A program made the position numbers and the translations under genes. Below the pieces are notes generated by a model, which saw only the letters and a list, made by a program, of their open reading frames with translations, did no database searches and was not told the origin of the DNA. Positions 9,458 through 18,466 of a stretch of 64,000 nt of DNA are shown here, piece after piece. Each line of letters begins with the position of its first letter. Within the stretch, counting starts at the first letter, position 1. The stretch comes from an uncultured Actinomycetes bacterium (GTDB lineage Bacteria > Actinomycetota > Thermoleophilia > RBG-16-64-13), in the NCBI GenBank assembly GCA_963775295.1, contig CAVZIK010000006.1, positions 1,813,038-1,877,037 on the forward strand, written 5' to 3'.

Positions 9458-10132
9458 TCAATCCCTAACGCGACCGTCCAGCATGTGGATAACTCGGTCG
9501 CAGGTGCCGGCCACGCCTGGGTCGTGGGTGACGAGGACGAAGGTCGTGCCGGTGTCGCGGTTGATCTTGTGCATCATGGCGACGATCTCTTCCGAACTGG
9601 CTGAGTCCAGGTTGCCGGTGGGCTCGTCACCGAAGATCACCTTGGGGCCATTCACGAGGGCCCGGGCGACGGCCACACGCTGCTGCTGCCCACCCGACAG
9701 CTCCGAGGGCTTGTGCTTGTGTCTGTCTGCCAGACCAACCTGAGCTAAAGCCTCCCTGGCGGCCTCGTTCGCAGCCCGACGCCCTTTTCCGGCGTACTGC
9801 GCCGCGAGCGCGACGTTCTCCAGAGCATTAAGGCTCGACACGAGGTTGAATGTTTGGAAGATGAAGCCGACTTCCTTCCGCCTAAGTTCTGTGAGGTCTT
9901 TGCCGTTGAGCGTGTCTACTCGACGCCCCGCGAGCCAAACCTCTCCTTCGTTCAAGGAATCGAGGCAGCCGAGGATATGGAGGAGGGTGGATTTGCCCGA
10001 TCCCGACGGACCCATGATGGAGACCATCTCGCCCTGTTTCACTTCCACCGAAGCCCCTTGAAGGGCGTCGACGTAGTTGTCCTTGCTCATGACGTAGCGT
10101 TTGTGTACGTTCAGTCCTTTGATGAGGGTCAT
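9458..10132 (-). CDS. ABC transporter ATP-binding protein (LolD/MacB-type)
   Basis: GPSGSGKST, LSGGQQQR, DEPTGNLD, VTHD. Confidence 0.92.
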   Translation of the reverse strand: MTLIKGLNVHKRYVMSKDNYVDALQGASVEVKQGEMVSIMGPSGSGKSTLLHILGCLDSLNEGEVWLAGRRVDTLNGKDLTELRRKEVGFIFQTFNLVSSLNALENVALAAQYAGKGRRAANEAAREALAQVGLADRHKHKPSELSGGQQQRVAVARALVNGPKVIFGDEPTGNLDSASSEEIVAMMHKINRDTGTTFVLVTHDPGVAGTCDRVIHMLDGRVRD

Positions 10133-10151
10133 GGGGTCTTCTCCATCCTTC

Positions 10152-11312
10152 TCATTCATAGCGCAGTGCGGCCACCGGCTTCATCCGAGCGGCGTGGAGT
10201 GACGGATAGAGTCCGCTCACCAGCCCGAGGACCACGGCGAACCCCACCGATCCGATGGCGAGTCTGCCCGTCACAAGGAAGAGGTTGAGGTTGGAAGCTT
10301 CCAGGCCCATGTTGGCCAGAGTTACTGCCACCCAGCCCAGCACCAGTCCGGTGAGCCCGCCGATGAGCCCGATCACTCCCGCTTCAGCAAGGAACTGTCG
10401 CACGATCTGCCCGTCGGACGCGCCGATGGCCTTCCGTACACCAATCTCGCGGGTTCTCTCGCTCACCGACATGGTCATGGTGTTGATCACCGACAGCCCG
10501 CCAACAATCAACGAAATAATGGCGATGCCGTAGAGGATGGCGTTGAATATCCCGGTTGTGCTGGCGATTTGCTCCTTGAAGGCGCTGGGACCGGTCGCGC
10601 TGACTCCGGGCACGGAGTTGTTGATGTCTGCGGCGAGAGTCTCCGGATCAGTGCCCTTTGCGGGGTAGACGACGAACGAGGTCACGAGGTCCGCCTGATT
10701 GATCTGGCTCCGGACCATCTCAGGTAGGTCCTTCACATACACGCGCTGCGCATCGGGTAAGGTCATCCAGACAGACGTATCGGGGGCGGTGAGCGTCTTG
10801 TCGAGAATTCCGACCACTTTGAACTGCTCGTCTCTCACGGTTACTGTCCCACCGACCTTCGCAGACAGCTTCTTGACGAGGTCGGAGCCCACCACGACCG
10901 AGCCGACGTCCGCCGAAGTGAGCGCCCGGCCTTGGGCGTAGGTGACCTTGAAGCTCTCCAATTGGTCGCCGCGCATGTCGCTGCCCGCGATCATGGCCGG
11001 CATGCCGAAGGACATGCCCGATTCGGTCGAAAGCAGGGTGCCTATCTGTCCCGAAACCTCGGCGACCCCTGGCACGGCCTTGATTTCGCCGAGTTTGCTG
11101 AGGGAAAGCGGACCACTGGAAAACATGGCGGACGACCCCTCCGCCGAAACCGTGACCTTGTCGGCGTAGTAGCGGGTGCCACCGGAGACCAGCAAATTGA
11201 TCTTCTCGGCCATGCTGCCCATGACCACCAGCGCCAGCACCCCGATCGTGATACCGAATATGGTGAGAAAGACCCTCAGCTTCCGTCTGAACACATTTCT
11301 CAGAATCTGCAT
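10152..11312 (-). CDS. ABC transporter permease (MacB/FtsX family)
   Basis: LRVFLTIFGITIG, periplasmic-type domain, VSERTREIGVRKAIGA, YPSLHAARMKPVAALRYE. Confidence 0.9.
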   Translation of the reverse strand: MQILRNVFRRKLRVFLTIFGITIGVLALVVMGSMAEKINLLVSGGTRYYADKVTVSAEGSSAMFSSGPLSLSKLGEIKAVPGVAEVSGQIGTLLSTESGMSFGMPAMIAGSDMRGDQLESFKVTYAQGRALTSADVGSVVVGSDLVKKLSAKVGGTVTVRDEQFKVVGILDKTLTAPDTSVWMTLPDAQRVYVKDLPEMVRSQINQADLVTSFVVYPAKGTDPETLAADINNSVPGVSATGPSAFKEQIASTTGIFNAILYGIAIISLIVGGLSVINTMTMSVSERTREIGVRKAIGASDGQIVRQFLAEAGVIGLIGGLTGLVLGWVAVTLANMGLEASNLNLFLVTGRLAIGSVGFAVVLGLVSGLYPSLHAARMKPVAALRYE

Positions 11313-11492
11313 GCAATCACTCCCGTCGTTTCGAGACGACGCGCATGCCGCCCCTTCCAAGCAATGCAGCATACCGGAAAGGTCCGGAATCTGTGTTAAC
11401 AAATGGCAGCATTTCCGGACAATCGGCGTCTGGAGAAAACCGATGGGGCCGGAAGGTTCGACCGGGGATCGCGCACCGCGCGAAACGGGCGG

Positions 11493-13040
11493 TCAGCCGG
11501 TTGACGCCGGATTCTTAGGCGTCTTTGCTTTTCGTCCCTGGTCGGCGACGAAGTCTTTCTCGCGGATGAAGAAGAATGACAGTAACGCCGCGGAGAAGGT
11601 CAGCAAAGCCGTGATGAGCAGAATCAGGTTGAGGCCGTCAACGAAACCCATCCGGGTCGCCGCCGACACCGCAGGACGCGCAGACGCGGGAAGGGCCGCC
11701 AGGGTGGGGCCGAGTTGGCCGCTCGCGGCCGCCACCGCTATCGCGTGAGACTGTCCCGCAAGGGCCGTCCCTGCCAGTTGACTGATGACCGTCGACCTGA
11801 TGCGTGCGATAAACAGAGCCCCGAGGACGGCGATCCCCGTCGCAATGCCTATCTGGCGGAAGGTGGAGCTAATGCCCGAAGCCATGCCGGCCCGGCGCGG
11901 CTCAACAACCCCCACGGCGGTGGCAACCAAGGGAACGTTCACCAGTCCGGCGCCCACTCCCGAGACGATCATTCCCGCCAAGAGGTGCGTCCAGGTGGAA
12001 CTCGGAGTCAATCCGCGCATGAGCAGGAGGCCGACCCCAAGAAGCACGAATCCAGGACCGATCAGGAAACGCTTTGAGAGGTTGGCGGTCAGTCGTCCCG
12101 CTATTCCCGCGGCTACGAATATCGAAAGTGACAGTGGAAGGAATCGCACTCCCGTCGAGAAGGCCGAGAGCCCAAGTATGTCTTGCACCCACAACACGAG
12201 ATAGGTCAGGACCGAGAAGATCGAGGCCGAAATGGAGAAGGCCGCCACCAGCCCGCCGTCAAAGGTGGGGACGCGCAGAAGTCCCAAGTCGAACATCGCG
12301 TCCCGCTGCAAAGCTTCAGCGGTGACGAATGCCGCCAACAGGATAGCGGCCGCGACAAGGGAGGCTATGACGGTGACGGAACCCCAGCCCGCGGTGTTGC
12401 TGCGGATGAGCCCAAAGATCAGAGCCCCGAGGCCGGTACTGAAGGTCACGAACCCGAGTAGGTCCAAGCGCTTGGGCGTCGGGTCACGCGATTCGTCGAC
12501 ACGCAGCGCGGTGACGACGAAGACAATCATCCCCACGGGAATGTTGACGAAGAAGATCCACCGCCAACCCAACCCGCTGACCAGGGCGCCGCCGATCACG
12601 GGGCCGATCGCTATCGCCAGCCCCGTCACAGCGCCAAATGCCCCAAAAGCAATCCCGCGTTCCCTGCCTTTGAACGACTCGGACAGCATGGCGAGCGACG
12701 TGGCGAACATGATCGCACCGCCGATACCCTGGAAGGCTCGCGAGATTGTGAGGAACAAGATTCCTGTCGACGCCCCGCACAGGATCGAACCTGCGGTGAA
12801 GACACCAATCCCGATGAAGAAAAGGAGTCGTCGGCCAGATCGGTCGGCCAGGATCCCGGCCGTGAGAAGGAGGGCCGCCAACGCGAGAGAGTAAGCGTCG
12901 ATGACCCACTGCAGTCCGGAGAACGTGGCCCCGAAGGCCTCGGCGATATCGGGAAGGGCCACGTTCACGATTGTGAGGTCTAGGAGTAGCATAAAGACAC
13001 CCGTGCACACCACCCCAAGCGTCCACCACCTACGCGTCAC
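11493..13040 (-). CDS. DHA2 (EmrB/QacA) family MFS efflux transporter
   Basis: LDLTIVNVALPDI, DRSGRR, QGIGGA, WRWIFFVNIPVG; about 14 TM. Confidence 0.9.
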   Translation of the reverse strand: MTRRWWTLGVVCTGVFMLLLDLTIVNVALPDIAEAFGATFSGLQWVIDAYSLALAALLLTAGILADRSGRRLLFFIGIGVFTAGSILCGASTGILFLTISRAFQGIGGAIMFATSLAMLSESFKGRERGIAFGAFGAVTGLAIAIGPVIGGALVSGLGWRWIFFVNIPVGMIVFVVTALRVDESRDPTPKRLDLLGFVTFSTGLGALIFGLIRSNTAGWGSVTVIASLVAAAILLAAFVTAEALQRDAMFDLGLLRVPTFDGGLVAAFSISASIFSVLTYLVLWVQDILGLSAFSTGVRFLPLSLSIFVAAGIAGRLTANLSKRFLIGPGFVLLGVGLLLMRGLTPSSTWTHLLAGMIVSGVGAGLVNVPLVATAVGVVEPRRAGMASGISSTFRQIGIATGIAVLGALFIARIRSTVISQLAGTALAGQSHAIAVAAASGQLGPTLAALPASARPAVSAATRMGFVDGLNLILLITALLTFSAALLSFFFIREKDFVADQGRKAKTPKNPASTG

Positions 13041-13235
13041 GGGACCTCCGCTCTCCGCTGTACACACGCCGCTTCATCGCCTGCCTCAGGGACCGTTCGT
13101 CGCATCTTTGCCCCGGCGAAGGGCTATCGAAACTCGAAGGGTGACAAATCGGCGCGGGGCCGACTGAACATCGGCCCCGCTCGTCGACCGGTCGATCTCA
13201 AACGGCAGCGACCGGGTTGTTTGCAGATAGTCGCA

Positions 13236-15812
13236 CTAACGCGCGGCCAATCCCGTGCAGGTCGCCGGAAGTCCCGTGATGCTTGGAAGTTGGGCTAGCG
13301 AGCCGTCTGCCCGCATCATGAAAGCGCCTATCGCGTCCTCAGTCCCAACTGCCAACGCGTATAGGAAGCGGCCATTCCCGCTGATAGCGAGGTCCAGCGA
13401 ACTTCCGGTAGGCGTTGGTCCTGCCGCGCTCGTGAGAAGCGCAATCTCGCCCGAAGGCTGCACCATGTAGCTGGAAACCGGGCCGCCCCCGTTACCGATG
13501 TATGCATAGCCTCCGCTCGGAGTGGTCGTCACCCAGCAGGGCGCCGTCTGCAGACAGGGGATGGACGAACTGATCGTGTCAAGGCCCGTCGCAGAGATTG
13601 AGTATGAAGAGTTGGCGTTGGCCGCGGCCTCGGAAACAATCAGCGTTCCCGACCGCGAGAAGTCGAACCCGTAAGGGGTCGCGCCATTGGATGGGTAGGA
13701 GACGGCCGGATCGGCTTCACCGTTATCATCCACCGGGTAAACGTCGATCAGGTTTGTGCCCCGCTCCGTGACCACCAGATGAGTGCCGGTTGGGTCGAAC
13801 TTGATCTCCGCCGCATTTGTGCCGCTGGTTGCGCTGAGCGCCTCGATGGAGTCGGGGATAAGGGTGAGGTGTCCGTCGGCGCCGATCGTGAAGCCGGTTA
13901 TGTTGCCAGGGTCACCGGCGTTTAGGACGTAGAGCCAATCTCCGTGGGTGGTCGCGCTGATAGGGAGAGAACCGGCGGTCTGAACTTGATCGACCAGAGT
14001 GAGACCGTCCGCCGCGACCGAGAAAACCGAGATGTCATCGCTCCCGCCGTTGACCGCGAAAAGCCACCGGTTGTCGGAACTCAGGGTTACCGCGCCTTGG
14101 GGATGGCCCACGCCCGTCGCTCCGAGGCCGTTGGTGTCGACAGCTCCAACTTGGGTAAGTGTGCCGTCAAGCCCTCGAGAGAATTCCAAGACTTGGTTCA
14201 TGGAGGGGTTGTTGGTCTGGGTGTAAACCATCCCGGTCGTCATCCAGCTTGCTTCGATCTCTCCACATGCCACCGGAACCGTCGCGTCGAACACATCGTT
14301 GACGGTCAGACCATGCATGACGATGGCTCGATTCGTGAGAGGAGTCGTGCCCAGATCGAGAGATGTCAAATCGGCGCCAGAATACACGTGAGAGTAGAAG
14401 ACACGGCCCGCGCTCCCATGAGCGGTGGGATATGGGTCGTCAAGCGGCCGCAAAACCGGGCCATAGTAGGGCAGACCTTCTGCAAGACTGATAATCCCGT
14501 CCATGTTCGTATCGGCCGTGAGAGGTGGGCATGTGGAATTGCTGCCATTGGCAAGACCATGGATGTGCTGCAAATGCTGGAGACCCGTCTCTAGGCCGTC
14601 GGCGACGGTGATGACCCTCAGCGAGTCGTTTCTCAACCACAAGAACGCTTGACCGCTGACCCCGGAATTGTTCAGCTCGTCAAGGTCGGCGTGATACGCA
14701 AGACTAAGTGCGGTCACTTGGCCGCATGCGACCGGGACGGTCGCGTCGTAGACGCCGTTGACCGTCAGTCCGTGCAGCACGACCACTCGCTTGGTGAGCG
14801 TGACGGTGCTGAGTTGGAGCGCGTCCAGATCGCTCCCCGAATACGTGTGAGAGTAGAAGACCATCCCGTCGGGGCCCTGTGCAGTCGGGTAGGGGTCGTC
14901 AAGCGGACGCAGCACGGGGCCATAGTAGGGCAGTCCTTCCGCCAGGGAGATGATGCCGTCCATGTTGGTGTCCGCCGCGAGTGGGGGACAGTCCGCTTGG
15001 CTGCCGTCCATCATGCCGTGGATGTGCTGCGGGTGTTCCTTCCCGGTCTCCAGCCCGCGGGCGAGGACGAGGGTTCTCAACTGGTCGCCACGGAGGTAGA
15101 GCAGTGCGACCCCGGTGACGCCGGAATTGTTGAGAGAGTCGAGATTTGCCATGTAGACCGAAGCCAGGACTGAAGACGAACGCGCCAGCAAGGCCGCGCC
15201 CTCGATCCTCAGAAGGGTGCCTACCGGCCTCAGATTCCCGCCCGACCCCTGCAGCAACCCCAGCTTGATGGCGATCGCCACTTCGGCTCGGAGCGACGTC
15301 GATATCGAGGAGGCGTCGCCAAATCCTCCGACAGCGTCCGTGACGTCTTCCGAGGCGATGGCGTTCGTATCGAAGCCGTTGGCCTTGGCGATCCAACGGA
15401 CAAGCACAGCCGCCGACTCCTGTCGCGTTATTTCACGGGTGGGGGCGAACATGTTGTCGCCCACCCCTTGGATCAAGCCGGCAGCCACAGCCCCCTCGAT
15501 GTACTGATAATAGATACTGTCCGCCGGCACGTCGGAAAACGTGGGTGACGTTGGATCGGCCAGCGGAATGCCGAAGTTTTCCACCGCCATCTTGACGAAC
15601 TGCTGTCGCGGTAAAGGATTGGACGGAAGCCAAAAGCCACTGGGATAGCCTTGGCTTAGCCCCCGCACCTCCGCTTCTTGCAGACCGTAACCGTTGAGGA
15701 CGTTGGGGCCGAGGTCAGGGAACTGCGACGCAGAGGCTGGAGGGGAGAGGGCCAGAAAGGCCACCAACGTGATGGCGGCGGCCAGCCCAACGAGCAGGAC
15801 CAATCTTCGCAT
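13236..15812 (-). CDS. Secreted SLH-domain protein with two Cu/Zn-SOD/CHRD-like repeats and a C-terminal lactonase-like beta-propeller
   Basis: Signal peptide; SLH motifs FSDVPADS, FAPTREITRQE, LRPVGTLLRIEGA; two repeats with HPQHIHG/HLQHIHG; propeller LFAVNGGSDDISVF, FDPTGTHLVV, ISGNGRFLY. Confidence 0.75.
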   Translation of the reverse strand: MRRLVLLVGLAAAITLVAFLALSPPASASQFPDLGPNVLNGYGLQEAEVRGLSQGYPSGFWLPSNPLPRQQFVKMAVENFGIPLADPTSPTFSDVPADSIYYQYIEGAVAAGLIQGVGDNMFAPTREITRQESAAVLVRWIAKANGFDTNAIASEDVTDAVGGFGDASSISTSLRAEVAIAIKLGLLQGSGGNLRPVGTLLRIEGAALLARSSSVLASVYMANLDSLNNSGVTGVALLYLRGDQLRTLVLARGLETGKEHPQHIHGMMDGSQADCPPLAADTNMDGIISLAEGLPYYGPVLRPLDDPYPTAQGPDGMVFYSHTYSGSDLDALQLSTVTLTKRVVVLHGLTVNGVYDATVPVACGQVTALSLAYHADLDELNNSGVSGQAFLWLRNDSLRVITVADGLETGLQHLQHIHGLANGSNSTCPPLTADTNMDGIISLAEGLPYYGPVLRPLDDPYPTAHGSAGRVFYSHVYSGADLTSLDLGTTPLTNRAIVMHGLTVNDVFDATVPVACGEIEASWMTTGMVYTQTNNPSMNQVLEFSRGLDGTLTQVGAVDTNGLGATGVGHPQGAVTLSSDNRWLFAVNGGSDDISVFSVAADGLTLVDQVQTAGSLPISATTHGDWLYVLNAGDPGNITGFTIGADGHLTLIPDSIEALSATSGTNAAEIKFDPTGTHLVVTERGTNLIDVYPVDDNGEADPAVSYPSNGATPYGFDFSRSGTLIVSEAAANANSSYSISATGLDTISSSIPCLQTAPCWVTTTPSGGYAYIGNGGGPVSSYMVQPSGEIALLTSAAGPTPTGSSLDLAISGNGRFLYALAVGTEDAIGAFMMRADGSLAQLPSITGLPATCTGLAAR
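14256..15155 (-). repeat. Intragenic tandem duplication of a ~147-aa domain (about 15155..14715 and 14696..14256)
   Basis: Both copies contain LNNSGV-GLETG-QHIHG-CPPL-ADTNMDGIISLAEGLPYYGPVLRPLDDPYPTA-HG-DATVPVACG. Confidence 0.9.
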
Positions 15813-16085
15813 GGTAGCTCTCCTTCTTTTGGGGACAATCCTTCGTCCCGGACGTCTGAAGAGATTGCCCGCGCTTCGTCGTCTCTGCGGCTTTTACCCT
15901 TGAGTTCGGTCGTCAAACCGCCGCCCTGCGGAGAGTGCGATAGTCCACGTAGCGATTCCGTTACCCAGCCGATCCGGATATCCAGGCACACGTCAGTGCA
16001 TCTTCATCAACTCCGCGATTCCGGCTCTGGCTTGCATATCTATTCGAAAGGGGACAACACCTCCGTGGGCGTGAGAGGAGACGAA

Positions 16086-16376
16086 ATGTGTCGCAACATA
16101 AAGGTACTGTTCAATTTCGAGCCGCCGGCGACCGAGGAAGAAGTTCGCGCTGCCGCGCTTCAGTACGTGCGGAAGATAAGCGGCTTCGCCAAGCCTTCGG
16201 CGGTCAACCAGGAGGCGTTCGACGCGGCCGTGGCTGCCGTATCGGTGGCGTCCCAGAGCCTGCTGAGTTCGTTGATTACCTCTGCCGCACCGCGGAACCG
16301 TGAAGCAGAAGTCATCCGGGCACACGCTCGGGCGGTCCGCCGCTTCGGTGTACCGGGGCAGTCTCCGAGCGCATAG
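16086..16376 (+). CDS. DUF2277 family protein
   Basis: MCRNIKVLFNFEPPATEEEVRAAALQYVRKISG. Confidence 0.9.
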   Translation: MCRNIKVLFNFEPPATEEEVRAAALQYVRKISGFAKPSAVNQEAFDAAVAAVSVASQSLLSSLITSAAPRNREAEVIRAHARAVRRFGVPGQSPSA

Positions 16377-16432
16377 GGGACGCGAGGTCAAGGTGGGCCT
16401 GGGCTTGGGGGAAGGGTCAGCGAAGCCCGGAC

Positions 16433-16488
16433 TTGACATACAGGCATCAGTCGTTTACGATATGTCACGATATATCGCAAACATATCG
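16433..16488 (+). promoter_or_regulatory. Sigma70-type promoter of the PadR gene with overlapping palindromic operator
   Basis: TTGACA (16433-38), 17-nt spacer, TACGAT (16456-61); CGATATGT...ACATATCG inverted repeat (16458-65/16481-88) around palindrome CGATATATCG (16468-77). Confidence 0.7.
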
Positions 16489-16505
16489 CTGGAAGGAGTC
16501 ATGCG

Positions 16506-17024
16506 ATGCATCATCATATGTGGGGAGAATTTGGACATCACGGGCGCGGAGGCCGGCGGGGATTCTTCGAGAGAGGTGGAATCATCCTCGTTATCCTGGA
16601 TCTTTTGAAGGAACAGCCTCGGCACGGATACGACATCATCCGCGAGTTGGAGGAGCGGTCCGGCGGGTTCTACAGTCCGAGCCCAGGAGTCGTCTACCCG
16701 ACGCTCCAGTCGCTGGAAGACAGGGACTTCGTCACCGCCGTGGCAGAACCCGGGGGCAAGAAGATCTATTCCATCACCGATGCCGGTACCGCCTGGTTGG
16801 ACTCTCACAAGGAGGAAGCGACGCGTACCCGCGAGCATATGGCCTCCTTTGGCGGCCGGATGGGCGCCGGTCAGTGGCCGGGCGCGATGGACGACATGAG
16901 GTGGTTCTTCCGCGACGTGGCGCAGGCTATGCGCCGGACCATGAACGATCCCGAGAAGATCCGCGCGATACGCGAGGTCATCGTCGACGCAAAGAAGAGG
17001 ATCGACGACATCGTCGCGGGCTAG
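16506..17024 (+). CDS. PadR family transcriptional regulator
   Basis: LLKEQPRHGYDIIRELEERSGGFYSPSPGVVYPTLQSLED...KKIYSITDAG; GGAGT RBS. Confidence 0.92.
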   Translation: MHHHMWGEFGHHGRGGRRGFFERGGIILVILDLLKEQPRHGYDIIRELEERSGGFYSPSPGVVYPTLQSLEDRDFVTAVAEPGGKKIYSITDAGTAWLDSHKEEATRTREHMASFGGRMGAGQWPGAMDDMRWFFRDVAQAMRRTMNDPEKIRAIREVIVDAKKRIDDIVAG

Positions 17025-17261
17025 GCTCGGCCTCCGCGAGCGCCCGGAGGGACCGATCTCGGGATGACGCCGGAGCCGCGACTTCGCGGCAGTCACCGCC
17101 GCATCCGGCGAGAGCCGCCGTCAGTGTCGACGGTTTGACGTGGAAGAGACTCTTACCGGGCTGGCCGCCGTCGTGGCGGCCAGCCCCACCCTCATTAGAT
17201 TGGCATCACGGCCCTTCTTGACCGCTGCCGGTCCCCGTGCTAAGAATGGTCTGCTTCGATA

Positions 17262-17468
17262 CGGAGCTGGGTGTCGCCGGGTATCCTTGGATGTCCGGCG
17301 GAGAATAGGGAATCGGGTGTGAGTCCCGAACGGTCCCGCCACTGTGAACGGGGAGTGAGCCCGCAGAAAAGCCACTGTGTCACCGCCGTCGCCGGTTTTC
17401 CGGGGAGGTAAGGGGGATGGGAAGGCGCGGGTAAGCCGAGATCCGTCAGTCAGTAGACCTGCCCGGCA
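17262..17468 (+). ncRNA. Cobalamin (AdoCbl) riboswitch
   Basis: AATAGGGAA (17304-12), P4 TCGGGTGTGAGTCCCGA, CCCGCCACTGTG, second GCCACTG, GGGAAGG, B12-box AGTCAGTAGACCTGCC (17448-63); P1 GCTGGGT/GCCCGGC. Confidence 0.92.
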
Positions 17469-17514
17469 TTCTGGTTAGGACCCTCAAGGAAGGGTCACGA
17501 CTGGAGATGATGGC

Positions 17515-17555
17515 AAAGTCTCCGGCCCTCTGGGCTGGGGACTTTCTTGTTTGTT
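17515..17555 (+). terminator. Intrinsic terminator forming the riboswitch expression platform
   Basis: 14-bp stem AAAGTCTCCGGCCC/GGGCTGGGGACTTT (two G-U pairs) followed by CTTGTTTGTT; upstream CTGGAGA can pair with TCTCCGG as an alternative. Confidence 0.75.
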
Positions 17556-17599
17556 GCGCCCCGCCTCGAGATTGTTCTCTTTGTCATAAGGGAGGCGGA

Positions 17600-18466
17600 T
17601 TGCGGACAACTGCCAATGATTCTCTGCCTGCCGAGCGATCGCTCTCGGCTGAACGACGGCTTCAAGGTGAGCCGCAACCCGCGCGTGAGCGTCGGGTCAA
17701 GAAGCGGGAGTTCCCCGCCGCCCTGGTGGGCATTCTGATACTGGTCGCGGCGTGGGAGTTGATCGTGCGAGCGGCCAGGGTCCAGGCGTTCGTGGTTCCT
17801 CCGCCCTCGGCCGTGTTGCGCGAGTTGGTCACGCAACCGGGCGTCTTTGCCACGGCCACCCTCGCGACGTTGGCCGAGGCTGTGGGTGGGTTCTTCCTGG
17901 CTGCCGTCGCGGCTCTGGTCTTTGCCGTGGGAGCTCTCCACTCTCGCCTGTTCGACAGGGTTGTCACGCCGCTCGTGGTCATCAGCCAAACGATTCCGGT
18001 AATCACCCTTGCGCCGCTGCTGATCCTGTGGTTCGGGTACGGGACGCTGCCCCTTGTCGTGGTGTGTGCCTTGGTAGCGTTCTTCCCCATGGCTGTGACC
18101 GGTCTGGAAGGATTCCGCTCAGCCGATCCGGAGCTCGTGTTGTTTCTCCGATCCGTGGATGCCTCGCGTTGGGACGCCTTCTGGAAGGTGAGGCTGCCCC
18201 ATGCCGGGCCGTTTCTTGCGGCCGGCGCGCGAACAAGCGCCACTCTCAGCCTCGTGGGAGCCGTGGTCGCCGACTGGATGGGGTCGGGTCGAGGTCTCGG
18301 CTACATCGTGCTCAGTGCCAATTCGCGGCTCGCGACGGCGCAAGCGTTAGCGGCCGTAGTCGTGATCTGCCTTCTTGGACTCGCTGCTTATGGGTGCGTG
18401 GGTTTTCTCGAAAGGCGGATCGGATGGTGGAACCGTTCCGATCCCAGTATGAAAAGGATGTTCTGA
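17600..18466 (+). CDS. ABC transporter permease, NitT/TauT/SsuC (ThiX-like) family
   Basis: TTG start after AGGGAGG; VPPPSAV, SQTIPVITLAPLLILWFGYG, LSLVGAVVADW...GLGY. Confidence 0.9.
   Translation: MRTTANDSLPAERSLSAERRLQGEPQPARERRVKKREFPAALVGILILVAAWELIVRAARVQAFVVPPPSAVLRELVTQPGVFATATLATLAEAVGGFFLAAVAALVFAVGALHSRLFDRVVTPLVVISQTIPVITLAPLLILWFGYGTLPLVVVCALVAFFPMAVTGLEGFRSADPELVLFLRSVDASRWDAFWKVRLPHAGPFLAAGARTSATLSLVGAVVADWMGSGRGLGYIVLSANSRLATAQALAAVVVICLLGLAAYGCVGFLERRIGWWNRSDPSMKRMF

Noticed and set aside
17262-17468. Alternative call as a TPP riboswitch, expected for a ThiXYZ-like transporter
   Set aside because: No TPP core (GGGGUGC...CUGAGA...ACCCG..GAACCUG); all cobalamin hallmark motifs are present
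17752-18465. N-terminal extension making the binding protein 604 aa
   Set aside because: It overlaps the permease in another frame; the signal peptide and lipobox start at ATG 18466
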